DNA of 64,000 bases, taken from NCBI GenBank assembly GCA_040772485.1, contig JAXGYC010000010.1, positions 160,001 through 224,000 of the forward strand, given 5' to 3'. How positions within the stretch are numbered: position 1 is the stretch's first letter; each line of letters begins with the position of its first letter. Shown here piece after piece: positions 27,811 through 38,709 of this stretch. Origin of the DNA: Sedimentisphaerales bacterium (GTDB lineage: Bacteria > Planctomycetota > Phycisphaerae > Sedimentisphaerales > Anaerobacaceae). The notes beneath the pieces are model-generated. The model searched no databases. It saw only the letters and a list, made by a program, of their open reading frames with translations, and was not told the origin of the DNA. Made by a program: the position numbers and the translations under genes.

Positions 27811-30096
27811 ATGCGGATGCGGCGCAACCATGTTCTTGCAGCACTACCCCTGGTCGGCCTCGCGCTCGTCCTGGTGTTCTTCGTGCGCCGGCCCGCTCTG
27901 GACGTCCAGACGCTCTTCTCGGCCGACCCCGCAGAAGGCCCTTGCTCGCCGGTCACGGTCGTTCACCCGCCTGACGGGGCCCTCTTTCCACCCGACATCG
28001 CGCCCCCGATGTTCCACTGGTCCGCCGAAGGTCTGGCGTGCGACACGTGGGCAATTCGATTGCGGTTCCAGGACGACCAGAACGACATCGACGCGCTGGC
28101 GCGCGAGCCCCGCTGGGTGCCGGACCAGCGGCTGTGGGAGGCAATCAAGAGAAGATCGCTCGAAAAGCCCGCCGAGATGCTCATCGTCGGCGTCCATCGA
28201 TCTCGCCCGAGCGAAGTCCTTGCCCGCGGACGCGTCTCGTTCGCGACATCGTCCGACGAGGTCGGTGCCCCGCTGTTCTACCGCGAAGTGAACCTGCCGT
28301 TTGTCGAGGCGGTCAAAGATCCGACAAAGATCCGCTGGCGTTTCGGCTCCATCAGCTCGGAGACCGCGCCGTCCGTCGTACTGGAGAACGTGCCGGTCTG
28401 CGGGAACTGCCATTCCTTCCCGAGAGACGCCAGCGTCCTGGCGATGGACGTCGACTATGCCAACAGCAAGGCTTCCTATGTCATAACGTCGGTGGCTGAG
28501 GAGATGACGCTGGCAACGAGTGACATCATCACGTGGAACGACTACCGCAAGGAGGACGGCGAGCAGACCTTCGGGCTGCTCTCGCAGATCTCGCCGGACG
28601 GCCGGTACGTGATCAGCACGGTGAAGGACCGCTCGGTCTTCGTGGCCACGCCGGGACTGGCGTTCTCGCAACTGTTCTTTCCCATCAAAGGCATCCTGTG
28701 CATCTTCGACCGCCAGACCGGACAATTCTCCGCTCTGCCCGGCGCAGACGACGCCAAGTACGTCCAGAGCAACCCCACGTGGAGTCCGGATGGCAAGTCC
28801 ATCGTCTTTGCCCGAAGCGAAGCCTACAGCCTCCGGGCCGACGACAAGAGCAAGGTTCTGCTCAACCGCGAGGACTGCGCCGAGTTCGTCGATGAGGGCA
28901 AGCCATTCCTGTACGACCTCTATCGCATTGCCTTCAACGACGGAAGAGGCGGCGTGCCGGAGCCGATTCGAGGCGCTTCCGGCGACGGCATGAGCAACTA
29001 CTTCGCCCGATACTCTCCCGACGGCCGGTGGATCGTTTTCTGCAAGGCGAAGAGCTACATGCTGCTCCAGCCGGACAGCCAACTCTACATCATCCCCGCC
29101 GAAGGAGGCGAGCCGCGAAAGCTCCGGTGCAACACCGCCCGCATGAACTCCTGGCACAGTTGGTCGCCGAATGGCCGGTGGCTGGTCTTCTCCTCGAAGG
29201 CGCACTCGGACTACACGCGACTGTTCCTGACGCACATCGACGAGGCCGGGCAGAGCAGCCCCGCCGTCTGTCTGTCCCACTTCACGGCGCCGGACCGGGC
29301 CGCCAACATCCCGGAATTCGTCAACGCCTCACCGGTGGCGATCCGCAAGATCCACGAGCAGTTCCTGAACGACTACTCCTTCGTGCGGGCCGGCGACGCC
29401 TTCTTCCGGGCCCAGGACACCGACGGCGCGATCCGAGAATACCGAAATGCCCTGGAACTGAATCCGAAGAACGTCTGGGCCCATCGCCGATTGGGCTTTC
29501 TGTTCTTCAATGTCAAAGAGCAGTACGACGAGGGCCTCAAGCACCTGCGAACCGCTCTCGAATTGGAGCCGCGCGACCCGCGCACGCACCACGATCTGGG
29601 CATGGCCCTTCTGTACCGCGGCCAACTGGACGCCGCCACAGCGCATCTGGCCGAAGCGATCCGGGGGATGCCCAAGGGTCTCGACAGCCAGTACGATCCA
29701 GTGCGAATGCGACACTCCCTCGGGCAAGCGCTGCTGGCGCAGGGGCGATCTCCGGAAGCGCGCCACTGGTTATCCGAGGCGCTTATCCTGGACCCGAATT
29801 GCGCCGAAGCCCATTACGGACTGGCGCTGGCACTGACGGACGCGGAGAAGCCGGAAGATGTGATCGCGCATTACACGGCCGCCGTCCGGCTGAACCCCAG
29901 GGTGGACAACTCGCCGGCGCTGCATGACTACATCTCCGGATTCTACCTGAGCCGCCGCGCCTTTCAGCCCGCTCTGGTTCATGAGACCCGCGCGCTGGAA
30001 CTGGCACGGATGACCGGAGATGCGTTGCTGATCCGCACCTTCGAGGAGCGCGTGCAGATCTGCCGGCAACTCGTCCAGCCCGCCGGCGCACGGTAA
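27811..30096 (+). CDS. Membrane-anchored TolB/PD40 beta-propeller plus TPR protein with a CxxCH motif
   Basis: N-terminal TM; VCGNCHSF; repeated (W/Y)SPDG motifs; C-terminal TPRs. Confidence 0.82.
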   Translation: MRMRRNHVLAALPLVGLALVLVFFVRRPALDVQTLFSADPAEGPCSPVTVVHPPDGALFPPDIAPPMFHWSAEGLACDTWAIRLRFQDDQNDIDALAREPRWVPDQRLWEAIKRRSLEKPAEMLIVGVHRSRPSEVLARGRVSFATSSDEVGAPLFYREVNLPFVEAVKDPTKIRWRFGSISSETAPSVVLENVPVCGNCHSFPRDASVLAMDVDYANSKASYVITSVAEEMTLATSDIITWNDYRKEDGEQTFGLLSQISPDGRYVISTVKDRSVFVATPGLAFSQLFFPIKGILCIFDRQTGQFSALPGADDAKYVQSNPTWSPDGKSIVFARSEAYSLRADDKSKVLLNREDCAEFVDEGKPFLYDLYRIAFNDGRGGVPEPIRGASGDGMSNYFARYSPDGRWIVFCKAKSYMLLQPDSQLYIIPAEGGEPRKLRCNTARMNSWHSWSPNGRWLVFSSKAHSDYTRLFLTHIDEAGQSSPAVCLSHFTAPDRAANIPEFVNASPVAIRKIHEQFLNDYSFVRAGDAFFRAQDTDGAIREYRNALELNPKNVWAHRRLGFLFFNVKEQYDEGLKHLRTALELEPRDPRTHHDLGMALLYRGQLDAATAHLAEAIRGMPKGLDSQYDPVRMRHSLGQALLAQGRSPEARHWLSEALILDPNCAEAHYGLALALTDAEKPEDVIAHYTAAVRLNPRVDNSPALHDYISGFYLSRRAFQPALVHETRALELARMTGDALLIRTFEERVQICRQLVQPAGAR

Positions 30097-30628
30097 CGAC
30101 GTGGCCTCGTGGTCTGGCCAGACGGCTCCTGCGAGGCTTTGCGGCGTCCCTTCTTCCCGGAGAATCCGCATCGCCGCGTGCCGGCCCCTGCACGGCAAAG
30201 AACACCCGCACCGCCTTATCGGACCGTTGTCCGAAAGTAGCTTGCGAGATTGCGATGACGCCCGTTCACAAACGGAAATTCTGCGGCGGGCCTGCATTGG
30301 TCCCTGCGGCCTTTCCTCTGCACTTGTTATCAAACCCCCTTGACAATTCCTACCCCGTGGCAGGGTGTAAGACTCAGAATCCATCCATTCGCTACGCAAC
30401 TGCCCCGCCCTCCCACACGATATAGCGGACGCCTTGCCTGATTGGGGGTTCATCAAGAACCAAGTCAGACCTTGGAAGGCTGGAGATGCCACGCTTTTGG
30501 GGGGCATCGCCTCAATGCATGAAAGTGAAACGCGGATTGCCTGGCCCTTGTCGGGCCGTTGACGTGCCGCAGACGAAGTGCGTCGGCAGGCGAAGAAGCC
30601 ATTTGTTCAAGAGTGAAAGGCACAGAGC

Positions 30629-31120
30629 ATGGACACCGTTGTCGAGACACGGGCCAAGCCGGGAAAGTACCTGACCTTTGCCCTGGGGCCCGAGGAGTTC
30701 GGACTGGAGATTCTCAAGGTCCGTGAGATCATCGGCTACATGGCCATCACGGCCGTCCCACAGACGCCGGACTACGTTCGCGGCGTCATCAACCTGCGGG
30801 GCCAGGTCATTCCTGTGGTGGATCTGCGCGCCAAGTTCACCATGCAGGTCGAGGAGAGGACTTCGCAGACGTGCATCATTGTGGTCCAGACCCGGCGCGG
30901 CGACCAGCAGTGCAACACCGGGATCGTCGTCGATCGCGTTCGGGACGTGCTCGACATCACGGCCGATCAGATCGAGGACGCGCCGCAACTGGGCACGTCC
31001 GTCGGGACCGACGTCCTTCTCGGCATGGCCAAGATTGCCAACTCGGTGAAGATCCTGCTCGATATCGACCAAGTCCTCGGTTCGGCCGACCTGGCCGGCG
31101 TCTGCAAGGCCGCTGCGTAG
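30629..31120 (+). CDS. cheW: Chemotaxis coupling protein CheW
   Basis: KYLTFAL, VREII, GVINLRGQVIPVVDLR, GIVVDRV. Confidence 0.93.
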   Translation: MDTVVETRAKPGKYLTFALGPEEFGLEILKVREIIGYMAITAVPQTPDYVRGVINLRGQVIPVVDLRAKFTMQVEERTSQTCIIVVQTRRGDQQCNTGIVVDRVRDVLDITADQIEDAPQLGTSVGTDVLLGMAKIANSVKILLDIDQVLGSADLAGVCKAAA

Positions 31121-31241
31121 TCGGGGCATGGAACAGTTTCCTGCATGGACGTCGGAGCGAATCCGCTGAAGGAAAGGCTATCACCGGGATCCCCCCGGTG
31201 CGTTCAAACAAATACACGCGTCGCATTTCAGGAGAATCAAG

Positions 31242-33209
31242 ATGTTCAAGAACATGAAACTGGCAACGAAAATGGGGATGGGTTTTGGTCTGCTGATCGT
31301 GATCTCCGGCGTTCTGGGCTACGTCGGGTGGAACGGCCTGAGCAACGTGACCACCAACGCCGAACTGAATCGCCAGGGAAATGAGTGCCTGCAAGGGCTC
31401 AATGATTGCGCCTCTCTGCGGAAGGAGTTCACGATCCGTGGCTTTGATGCCTACGGCAGCGACAACAAGACGGCCGCCGACAACTGGCACGCGGCATACA
31501 ACGCGCTGCTGACCCAGCTACAGCAACTGGAAGGTTCGGACGACCTGGCCGGCGTCGACCGGGCCATCGTCACAGAGGCCGCCGGCAAGATGCCCGCCTA
31601 CCTCACGTCGTTCGAGCATCAGAAGAGCGCTCGGAAGACACGGGATGAGGCCTTCACCAGTTGGAGCAAGATCGGCTGGGACGTCACCCAGGAAGTCGGC
31701 GCGATCAACACCAATGTCATCGCTCCGGCGCGCCGGGCGGCCGAGGAGGCCAAGAATGTCGAGGATATCACCAAGTGGGCCGCCATTGGGACCGAACTCG
31801 ACCAAAGCGTCTTTCAGGAGTTCCTGGTGCTGCGCGTGACCGCGGTCTACCTGCTGGCTACCAATGCCGAGGCTCAGTGGGAGGCCTATCAGAAGCAGCT
31901 TGCCAAGGCCAAGACCAATATCCAGACCTGGGCCGATCACGTGGCAGGCAACACCGCGCTGCAAGCAGCAGCCTCGCGCATCGCGGGCTATCTGAAGACC
32001 TACGAAGAGGCCGGTCAGCAGTACCGCAGCGGAATGCTCGCGCAGCAGTCGGCGGACACCGAAATGGGAACCGCCGCCGCCGCGATCATCGAGACGATCC
32101 ACAAGCTTCAGACCTCTTTGAAGAATCGGATGGAAAGCGCGACCGCCCGAACGAACGTCATCATGATGGTCGTGGCGGTTTCGGGCATCATCGTGGGCAC
32201 CGTTCTGGCAGTGGTGATCACAATGAGCATCATCAAGCCGATCAAACGGATCATTGATGCGCTGACGGCCGGGTCCGAGCAGGTGGCGGCCGCTTCCGGC
32301 CAGGTTTCTGCCGCCTCGCAGTCGTTGGCCGAAGGCGCCACCGAGCAGGCCGCCGGTCTGGAAGAGACCTCGTCCAGTCTGGAAGAGATGTCCTCGATGA
32401 CCAAGCAGAACGCCGACAACGCGCAGCAGGCCAACACGCTGGCGTCCGAGGCCCGCAAGGCCGCAGACACCGGAACCGAGTCGATGGGCCGCATGAACCA
32501 GGCCATCCGCGAGATCCAGAAGAGCTCCGATGAGACCAGCAAGATCATCAAGGTCATCGACGAGATCGCGTTCCAGACCAATCTGCTGGCGCTGAATGCC
32601 GCGGTCGAAGCGGCTCGCGCCGGCGAAGCGGGCAAGGGCTTCGCCGTGGTGGCCGAAGAGGTGCGCAACCTCGCCATGCGGTCGGCCGAGGCCGCCAAGA
32701 ACACCTCCAACATGATCGAGGAGTCCGTCAAGAACGCCAAGAACGGCGTCGACATCGCCACGGAAGTCGGCAAGGTCCTCGAGGAGATCGTTCAGGGAGT
32801 CGGCAAGACCACGGATCTGATCAGCGAGATCGCTGCGGCCTCGCAGGAACAGGCCCAGGGCATCGACCAGGTGAACACGGCGGTGGCGCAGATGGACAAG
32901 GTCACCCAGCAGAACGCCGCGAATGCCGAGGAATCGGCCAGTGCCTCGGAGGAACTCAGCTCGCAGGCCGAATCGATGAACGACATCGTCGGCGAATTGA
33001 TCGCGCTGGTGGGAGGTGCCGCGAACAAGACCGCCTCGTCGACGACGCGGCAGAGCACCCCAGGCCACAAGCTGTCGCACACCGACCATCTGTACCATAA
33101 GATCGCCGGCGGTAAGCCCAAGAAGGCCCATACCGTATCGACGAAGTCGGCGGCGGAAAGAAGCATCCCGCTCGGCGATGACAGTGAATTGAACGACTTC
33201 AACTCCTGA
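31242..33209 (+). CDS. Methyl-accepting chemotaxis protein with helical periplasmic sensor
   Basis: Two TM helices; [37 protein letters not shown]. Confidence 0.95.
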   Translation: MFKNMKLATKMGMGFGLLIVISGVLGYVGWNGLSNVTTNAELNRQGNECLQGLNDCASLRKEFTIRGFDAYGSDNKTAADNWHAAYNALLTQLQQLEGSDDLAGVDRAIVTEAAGKMPAYLTSFEHQKSARKTRDEAFTSWSKIGWDVTQEVGAINTNVIAPARRAAEEAKNVEDITKWAAIGTELDQSVFQEFLVLRVTAVYLLATNAEAQWEAYQKQLAKAKTNIQTWADHVAGNTALQAAASRIAGYLKTYEEAGQQYRSGMLAQQSADTEMGTAAAAIIETIHKLQTSLKNRMESATARTNVIMMVVAVSGIIVGTVLAVVITMSIIKPIKRIIDALTAGSEQVAAASGQVSAASQSLAEGATEQAAGLEETSSSLEEMSSMTKQNADNAQQANTLASEARKAADTGTESMGRMNQAIREIQKSSDETSKIIKVIDEIAFQTNLLALNAAVEAARAGEAGKGFAVVAEEVRNLAMRSAEAAKNTSNMIEESVKNAKNGVDIATEVGKVLEEIVQGVGKTTDLISEIAAASQEQAQGIDQVNTAVAQMDKVTQQNAANAEESASASEELSSQAESMNDIVGELIALVGGAANKTASSTTRQSTPGHKLSHTDHLYHKIAGGKPKKAHTVSTKSAAERSIPLGDDSELNDFNS

Positions 33210-33230
33210 TGAGAACACCGTTCCGCAAGG

Positions 33231-33267
33231 CGCTTCCGGATGGGCCAGGCATGCCCATCCGGAAGCG
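33231..33267 (+). terminator. 15-bp stem-loop after the MCP gene
   Basis: CGCTTCCGGATGGGC-7 nt-GCCCATCCGGAAGCG; no U-tract. Confidence 0.5.
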
Positions 33268-33932
33268 TCGAACGGATTGTCCTTCGCTGATCGTCCTGCA
33301 TGCGTACTGACCCGACCTCAGGCACCGTCGGACGTTGGACAACGCGGATGGGCCCAGTCTATCGGACATCGAACAGAGAATCATCAAGCCGTCCTCTCCA
33401 TCCGGCAGTTCCGGCATCGCACGGAGCCGCCGTCACCCGCTCAGCAGGCTCCGCACCGGCCGAACCCGCCGGCAAACTGGAGTGCTCCTCTTCGTGGACA
33501 TCCGCGCGGATATCGTCTCGAATCCTGCCATCGGGCTCCTGTTCTATCGTCCGGTTTCGCAAGCGCGGGGCGGCTTATCGGACTCGGTCGGGATCCCTGT
33601 TCGAGAAATGTCAATCCCATGTATCGGCGACTCCGCCGACCGCGAATGCTTTCGCGACCGGCCCGACGCTCTGCAAGGCCAAGCCTTATCGGGCCGGCGC
33701 GAGCGGAGGCCATGGCCGCCGTGTCGATCTCCAGCCAAATGCCAAGAATTCGGCTGGAGTTACTGTCGAATACCTCGATTGTCCTGCCAACGTGCTTGGG
33801 GACATGGGACCGTGGGTTGGCTAATAGGCGCCCCCGAATCCACAGTGGCACGTTCGCGTTGAGCTCTGCGGGCAGGGACAGGATTGGATTGGCCTGGGGC
33901 ACGGTCTCACAGGCACGTTAAGGAGCCCTCTT

Positions 33933-34448
33933 ATGGCAGCAACTGCGTCAAAAGCTCAGAGTTCCGGTACCACGGCTCAGCAGAAGGAAGGCAAGTACCT
34001 GACCTTTGCGCTGGCCCACGAAGAGTACGGCCTGGAAATCCTCAAGGTCCGCGAGATCATCGGCTACATCGACGTGACCGCCGTGCCGCAGACGCCCCAC
34101 CATGTCAAGGGCGTCATCAATCTGCGCGGCCAGGTCATTCCCGTCGTCGACCTGCGCGCCAAGTTCGGCATGGAGACCACCGACGTCACGGACGAGACCT
34201 GCATCATCGTTGTCGAGATCGCCCACGCGGATCGCAAGTTCAGTACGGGCATCGTTGTGGACCGCGTGCAGGAAGTGCTCGACATCCCGGGTGACAGCAT
34301 CGAGGAAGCCCCGCAGTTTGACTCGTCGGTCAACACGAGCTTCATCCTCGGGATGGGCAAAGTCGGCGACGCCGTCAAGATCCTCCTGGATATCGATAAG
34401 GTGCTCGGTGGAGAAAGCCTGGACGGCTTTCGATCCGAGGGCCTGTGA
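33933..34448 (+). CDS. cheW: Chemotaxis coupling protein CheW (second copy)
   Basis: AAGGAG RBS; same CheW motifs as the first copy. Confidence 0.93.
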   Translation: MAATASKAQSSGTTAQQKEGKYLTFALAHEEYGLEILKVREIIGYIDVTAVPQTPHHVKGVINLRGQVIPVVDLRAKFGMETTDVTDETCIIVVEIAHADRKFSTGIVVDRVQEVLDIPGDSIEEAPQFDSSVNTSFILGMGKVGDAVKILLDIDKVLGGESLDGFRSEGL

Positions 34449-34498
34449 CAACCTCGACGATTGTCTCGAATGTGTGAACAGAAGGAAAGGATGTACCC

Positions 34499-35770
34499 AT
34501 GAGAATCGGAAAATGGACTTGGATTTGTCTGACCGCTCTGATGATGGGCCAGGTCTGCCTCGCGGCCGACGAGAGTTCGTCCCTCGACGACCGCCTCGCT
34601 CAACTGGAGAAGGAGATCGCGGAACTGAAGAAGGCGCCGGCGTCCGCGCCCGCCGCCGCGGCCGACAGCAAGAAGAAAGGGCTCTTCTCGAGCGTGGACG
34701 TCCAATTGTACGGCTTCCTGAAGGCCGACGTGTCGCGCGATTCGTCCCGCGCCACAACGGGGAATTACGTGTTGTACGTGGACTCCGAGGCCACGCGAAG
34801 AAATGATGCGGAATCCAACATGACCGCCAACGAGTCGCGTCTGGGCCTGAATTTCGCGGGCCCGTCCAGTGAGACGCTGAAGACCTCCGGCAAGCTGGAG
34901 TTCGATTTCTTCGGCAGTGCGCCGGAGAACAAGGCGACCCTCCTGATCCGGCACGCCTACATGAATCTCGAATGGCCCGAGGCGCAGCTCAGCCTCTTGG
35001 CCGGCCAGACGTGGGACGTCATCTCCCCGTTGAACCCGAGCACCCTGAACTACAGCGTGCTCTGGGTGGGCGGCAACATCGGTTACCGTCGTCCGCAGGT
35101 CCGCCTGACCAAAGACCTGTCGGTGACAGACAAGGTCAAAGTGAAGCTCGAAGGCGCTCTGAGCCGCACCATCGGCAGGACGACGCCCGCGCCGGTCAGT
35201 TCTGAGACCGGCGAGGACGCGGGTTTCCCCACCCTTCAGGGACGGGTCAGCGCCACCTTCCCGTTCTTCGGCCCCAAGCCGACCACGATCGGCGTCTCGG
35301 GGCACTCCGGCAGGGAGGAATACGATATCGACGCGACCGGAACGAACGAGACCCTCAAGAGCCAGTCCATCAATCTGGACGTGACTCAGCCCATCTGTAA
35401 ATGGATGAGCATCAAAGCAGAGCTGTTCAGCGGCAAGGACCTCGACAGCTATCTCGGCGGCATCAACCAGGGTGTCAACACCACCACGCTCAAGTCGATC
35501 GACAGCGAGGGCGGCTGGGTCGCCGCCAGTCTGGGACCGTGGGGCAAGTGGAGTTCCAGCATCGGGTACGGCGCCGACAACGTGGATCGTGACGACGTCG
35601 CCACCGGCACCGGCCGCACACGCAACTGCTGCCTGTTCGGCAACGTCCGCTACGACGTCAACGCCCACGCCCAGATCGGCCTGGAGCTGTCCCGCTGGGA
35701 AACGGACTATAGAGGCGCCGGCGACGCCAAGGACACACGCGTGCAGGCATCCTTCATCTACAAGTTCTAA
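34499..35770 (+). CDS. Outer-membrane porin (DcaP-like)
   Basis: Signal peptide, short coiled coil, YGFLKAD, SRLGL, GKLEFDF, RHAY, LAGQTW; C-terminal YKF beta-signal. Confidence 0.8.
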   Translation: MRIGKWTWICLTALMMGQVCLAADESSSLDDRLAQLEKEIAELKKAPASAPAAAADSKKKGLFSSVDVQLYGFLKADVSRDSSRATTGNYVLYVDSEATRRNDAESNMTANESRLGLNFAGPSSETLKTSGKLEFDFFGSAPENKATLLIRHAYMNLEWPEAQLSLLAGQTWDVISPLNPSTLNYSVLWVGGNIGYRRPQVRLTKDLSVTDKVKVKLEGALSRTIGRTTPAPVSSETGEDAGFPTLQGRVSATFPFFGPKPTTIGVSGHSGREEYDIDATGTNETLKSQSINLDVTQPICKWMSIKAELFSGKDLDSYLGGINQGVNTTTLKSIDSEGGWVAASLGPWGKWSSSIGYGADNVDRDDVATGTGRTRNCCLFGNVRYDVNAHAQIGLELSRWETDYRGAGDAKDTRVQASFIYKF

Positions 35771-35843
35771 GAATCTCCGCACCAGGAAACCCGGCGTTGA
35801 AGGAACGCATTTGATTCGTTTTCATCAAGAGAAGGGGTAGATC

Positions 35844-38009
35844 ATGCTGAAGAACGTCAAACTGCAAACGAAACTGCTGACCTTGGGAATCGCCATGACG
35901 GTGATCCCGCTGTTGGTCGTCTCGGCGGTGGTCTTCATCCAGAACAAGCGGATGATCAAGGTCGCCGAGCAGGGCAACACCGATCTGGCGTACGCCGATC
36001 TGGACCACGTCGCCAAGAACATCCATGGGATGTGCAAGGCCCAGCAGGAAATGCTGCAGGCGAACATCGACTCCTCGCTGAACGTCGCGCGCGACGTCAT
36101 GCAGAAGACCGGCGAAGTCCATCTGGCCGAGGAGACCGTCACCTGGGACGCGGTGAATCAGTACACCCAGGCCGGCCAACGAGTGACGCTGCCCAAGATG
36201 ATGGTGGGCGACACCTGGCTGGGCAAGATCAGTGACATGGCCACCACCGCTCCGGTGGTGGACAAGACCCAGAACCTGGTGAACGCCACCTGCACGGTCT
36301 TTCAACGGATGAACGAGGCCGGGGACATGCTGCGCGTCAGCACGAACGTCCAGAAGCTGGACGGCGCCCGTGCCATCGGCACGTACATCCCGAAGACCCG
36401 GCCGGACGGCACGCCCGATCCCGTGGTCAGCAGCGTGCTGCAGGGTCAGACCTACGAAGGCCGCGCATTCGTGGTCAACAAATGGTATATCACGGCGTAT
36501 GAGCCGATTCGCGACGCCACACAGAACGTCGTCGGCATGCTGTACGTCGGTGTGCCGCAGGAGAGCGTCGCCTCCCTGCGTCAATCCATCATGGCGGTCG
36601 AAGTCGGCAAGACGGGCTATGTCTATGTCCTCGACTCCAAGGGAAACTACGTCATCTCCCAGGGCGGCAAGCGCGACGGCGAGAACATCTACGAAGCCAA
36701 AGATGCCAACGGCAACCTCTTCATCCAGGAGATCTGCAAGAAGGCGACCGTCCTGAAGGAAGGCGAGGTCGCCGAGCAGCGGTATCCGTGGAAGAACACC
36801 GGCGATACCGTGGCCCGCGAGAAGATCGCCCGGCTCATGTATTTTGAGCCTTGGGACTGGGTCATCGGTGTGGGCTCCTATACCGACGAGTTCTACGAAG
36901 CCCGTGACCAGGTCACCGCAATCGGCAACACCGGAAACCGTATTCTGGCCTCGGTCCTCGGCGTGGCGTTGCTGGTTACGGCCGTCATCTGGTTCCTGAT
37001 GGCCCGCGGCCTGGCCGGTCGAATCTCCCGCGTAGTTGGGCAGTTGTCGGAGGGCGCCGAGCAGGTGGCCGCCGCCTCCGGGCAGGTCTCTTCGGCCTCG
37101 CAGTCGCTGGCCGAGGGCGCCACCGAGCAGGCGGCCGGGCTCGAGGAGACCTCGTCGAGTCTCGAAGAGATGGCCTCGATGACCAAGCAGAACGCTGCCA
37201 ACGCCCAGCAGGCCAACCTGCTGAGCTCGGAGGCCCGCAAGTCTGCCGACACCGGCGCAGAGTCCATGAGCCGCATGAACAACGCCATCCGCGAGATCCA
37301 GAAGAGTTCTGACGAGACCAGCAAGATCATCAAGGTCATCGATGAGATCGCCTTCCAGACCAACCTGCTGGCGCTCAATGCCGCCGTCGAGGCCGCGCGA
37401 GCCGGCGAGGCGGGCAAGGGCTTTGCCGTCGTGGCCGAAGAGGTGCGTAACCTGGCGATGCGATCGGCCGAAGCCGCCAAGAACACCGCCAACATGATCC
37501 AGGAATCCGTCAAGAACGCCAACAACGGCGTGGACATCGCCACGGAAGTCGGCAAGGTTCTGGACGAAATCGTTCAGGGCATCGGCAAGACCACGGATCT
37601 GGTCAGTGAGATTGCCGCCGCGTCGCAGGAACAGGCCCAGGGCATCGACCAGGTCAACACCGCGATCGCTCAGATGGACAAGGTGACACAACAGAATGCT
37701 GCTAACGCCGAGGAAAGCGCCAGTGCATCTGAGCAGCTCAGCGCCCAGGCCGAAACGATGAATGAAATGGTCAACGAACTGGCCGCGTTGGTTGGGGGTG
37801 CGGCCCGGATCGCGACCAACACGAAGCGTACCGCCAAGTCCGGACGAGACCTTCGTCCTTCGGACCAGGTGTATCACCGTATCGCCGGAAGCGCCAAAGC
37901 GGGAAAGACCCCGGCCAAAGCGCCTAAGGCGGCCAAGACAAGCAGGGTGCGCACGGAGCACAGTATCCCGCTGAACGACGACGAAGACCTCAATCAATTC
38001 AACGCGTGA
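35844..38009 (+). CDS. Methyl-accepting chemotaxis protein with Cache sensor domains
   Basis: RVSTNV…RAIGT…WYITAYEPI…GMLYVG and [10 protein letters not shown]…WDWVIG Cache motifs; MCP signalling hairpin. Confidence 0.95.
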   Translation: MLKNVKLQTKLLTLGIAMTVIPLLVVSAVVFIQNKRMIKVAEQGNTDLAYADLDHVAKNIHGMCKAQQEMLQANIDSSLNVARDVMQKTGEVHLAEETVTWDAVNQYTQAGQRVTLPKMMVGDTWLGKISDMATTAPVVDKTQNLVNATCTVFQRMNEAGDMLRVSTNVQKLDGARAIGTYIPKTRPDGTPDPVVSSVLQGQTYEGRAFVVNKWYITAYEPIRDATQNVVGMLYVGVPQESVASLRQSIMAVEVGKTGYVYVLDSKGNYVISQGGKRDGENIYEAKDANGNLFIQEICKKATVLKEGEVAEQRYPWKNTGDTVAREKIARLMYFEPWDWVIGVGSYTDEFYEARDQVTAIGNTGNRILASVLGVALLVTAVIWFLMARGLAGRISRVVGQLSEGAEQVAAASGQVSSASQSLAEGATEQAAGLEETSSSLEEMASMTKQNAANAQQANLLSSEARKSADTGAESMSRMNNAIREIQKSSDETSKIIKVIDEIAFQTNLLALNAAVEAARAGEAGKGFAVVAEEVRNLAMRSAEAAKNTANMIQESVKNANNGVDIATEVGKVLDEIVQGIGKTTDLVSEIAAASQEQAQGIDQVNTAIAQMDKVTQQNAANAEESASASEQLSAQAETMNEMVNELAALVGGAARIATNTKRTAKSGRDLRPSDQVYHRIAGSAKAGKTPAKAPKAAKTSRVRTEHSIPLNDDEDLNQFNA

Positions 38010-38140
38010 CACAACCACGTGCTGAGTGTCTCCAGGTGGGCCTTCGGGCCCACCTGGGGACCGGCGTTTGCAGACTCCCCTCCGTACCGTCCACCTCCCG
38101 GCCCACGTTCCCTCCGCACGAAATCTCTCCCCTTTTTGCC

Positions 38141-38169
38141 TTGACAGACACCGGCCCCTTGGATAGGCT
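38141..38169 (+). promoter_or_regulatory. Sigma70-type promoter upstream of the riboswitch
   Basis: TTGACA-17 nt-TAGGCT. Confidence 0.7.
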
Positions 38170-38199
38170 TCGCGCATTCGCTCTCTCAGAAATGCATCG

Positions 38200-38403
38200 C
38201 TCGGCTACAGGTTTCGAAGCATCGGCTTCGAAATACCTTGGAAACGGGAACGCGGTGAGAATCCGCGACGGTCGCGCCGCTGTGAGCGTCTGCTCCGATC
38301 CGCAGATCGGAAATCCGAGAAGGCTGTAATCCACTGTCCTCCTCACGGGGATGGGAAGGAGCCTTCCGGTAAGACGCAAGTCAGAAAACCTGCCTGCAGT
38401 CGA
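38200..38403 (+). ncRNA. Cobalamin (B12) riboswitch
   Basis: ACAGGT…AAACGGGAAcgcGGTGAGAATCCgcgACgGtcgCGCCGCTGTGA…CCACTG…GGGAAGG…AAGTCAGAAAACCTGCC B12-box pattern. Confidence 0.93.
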
Positions 38404-38494
38404 TCGCACAGTGTTGGTGTTCTCGCGATATGGAACGCACGTGTGAAGGCGCCGTCCGGGCCTGTAGGTCACCCCGGGATTCTACGCCATCATG

Positions 38495-38533
38495 AACCGC
38501 CGTTCCTGTTCGCAGGAACGGCGGTTTTTTTTT
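38495..38533 (+). terminator. Intrinsic terminator (riboswitch expression platform)
   Basis: 14-bp stem AACCGCCGTTCCTG-TTCG-CAGGAACGGCGGTT running into a 9-T tract. Confidence 0.9.
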
Positions 38534-38709
38534 GTGCGCCTGCGGGCCGCGCCCTCGCGACAAGGGCCAGCGAATGCGAAAGGAGGTCGGGATGTGCCAC
38601 GTGACTGAAGCGTGTCGGTAGAGTCGGTCGACTCAGGCATCAAGGCGTCGAACAAGACAGCGACACGGCCGAAAGGCCGGAAGAACGAAGCAAGAACGGG
38701 AGGAAACAG

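Noticed and set aside
33300..33921. ORFs of 150-214 aa between the MCP gene and the second cheW
   Set aside because: Arg/Pro/Ser-rich or motif-less, no clear RBS, overlapping in several frames
30097..33932. c-di-GMP riboswitch or sigma54 promoter before the cheW genes
   Set aside because: No GEMM-type consensus seen; TGGCACG near 33847 lacks the correctly spaced TTGC
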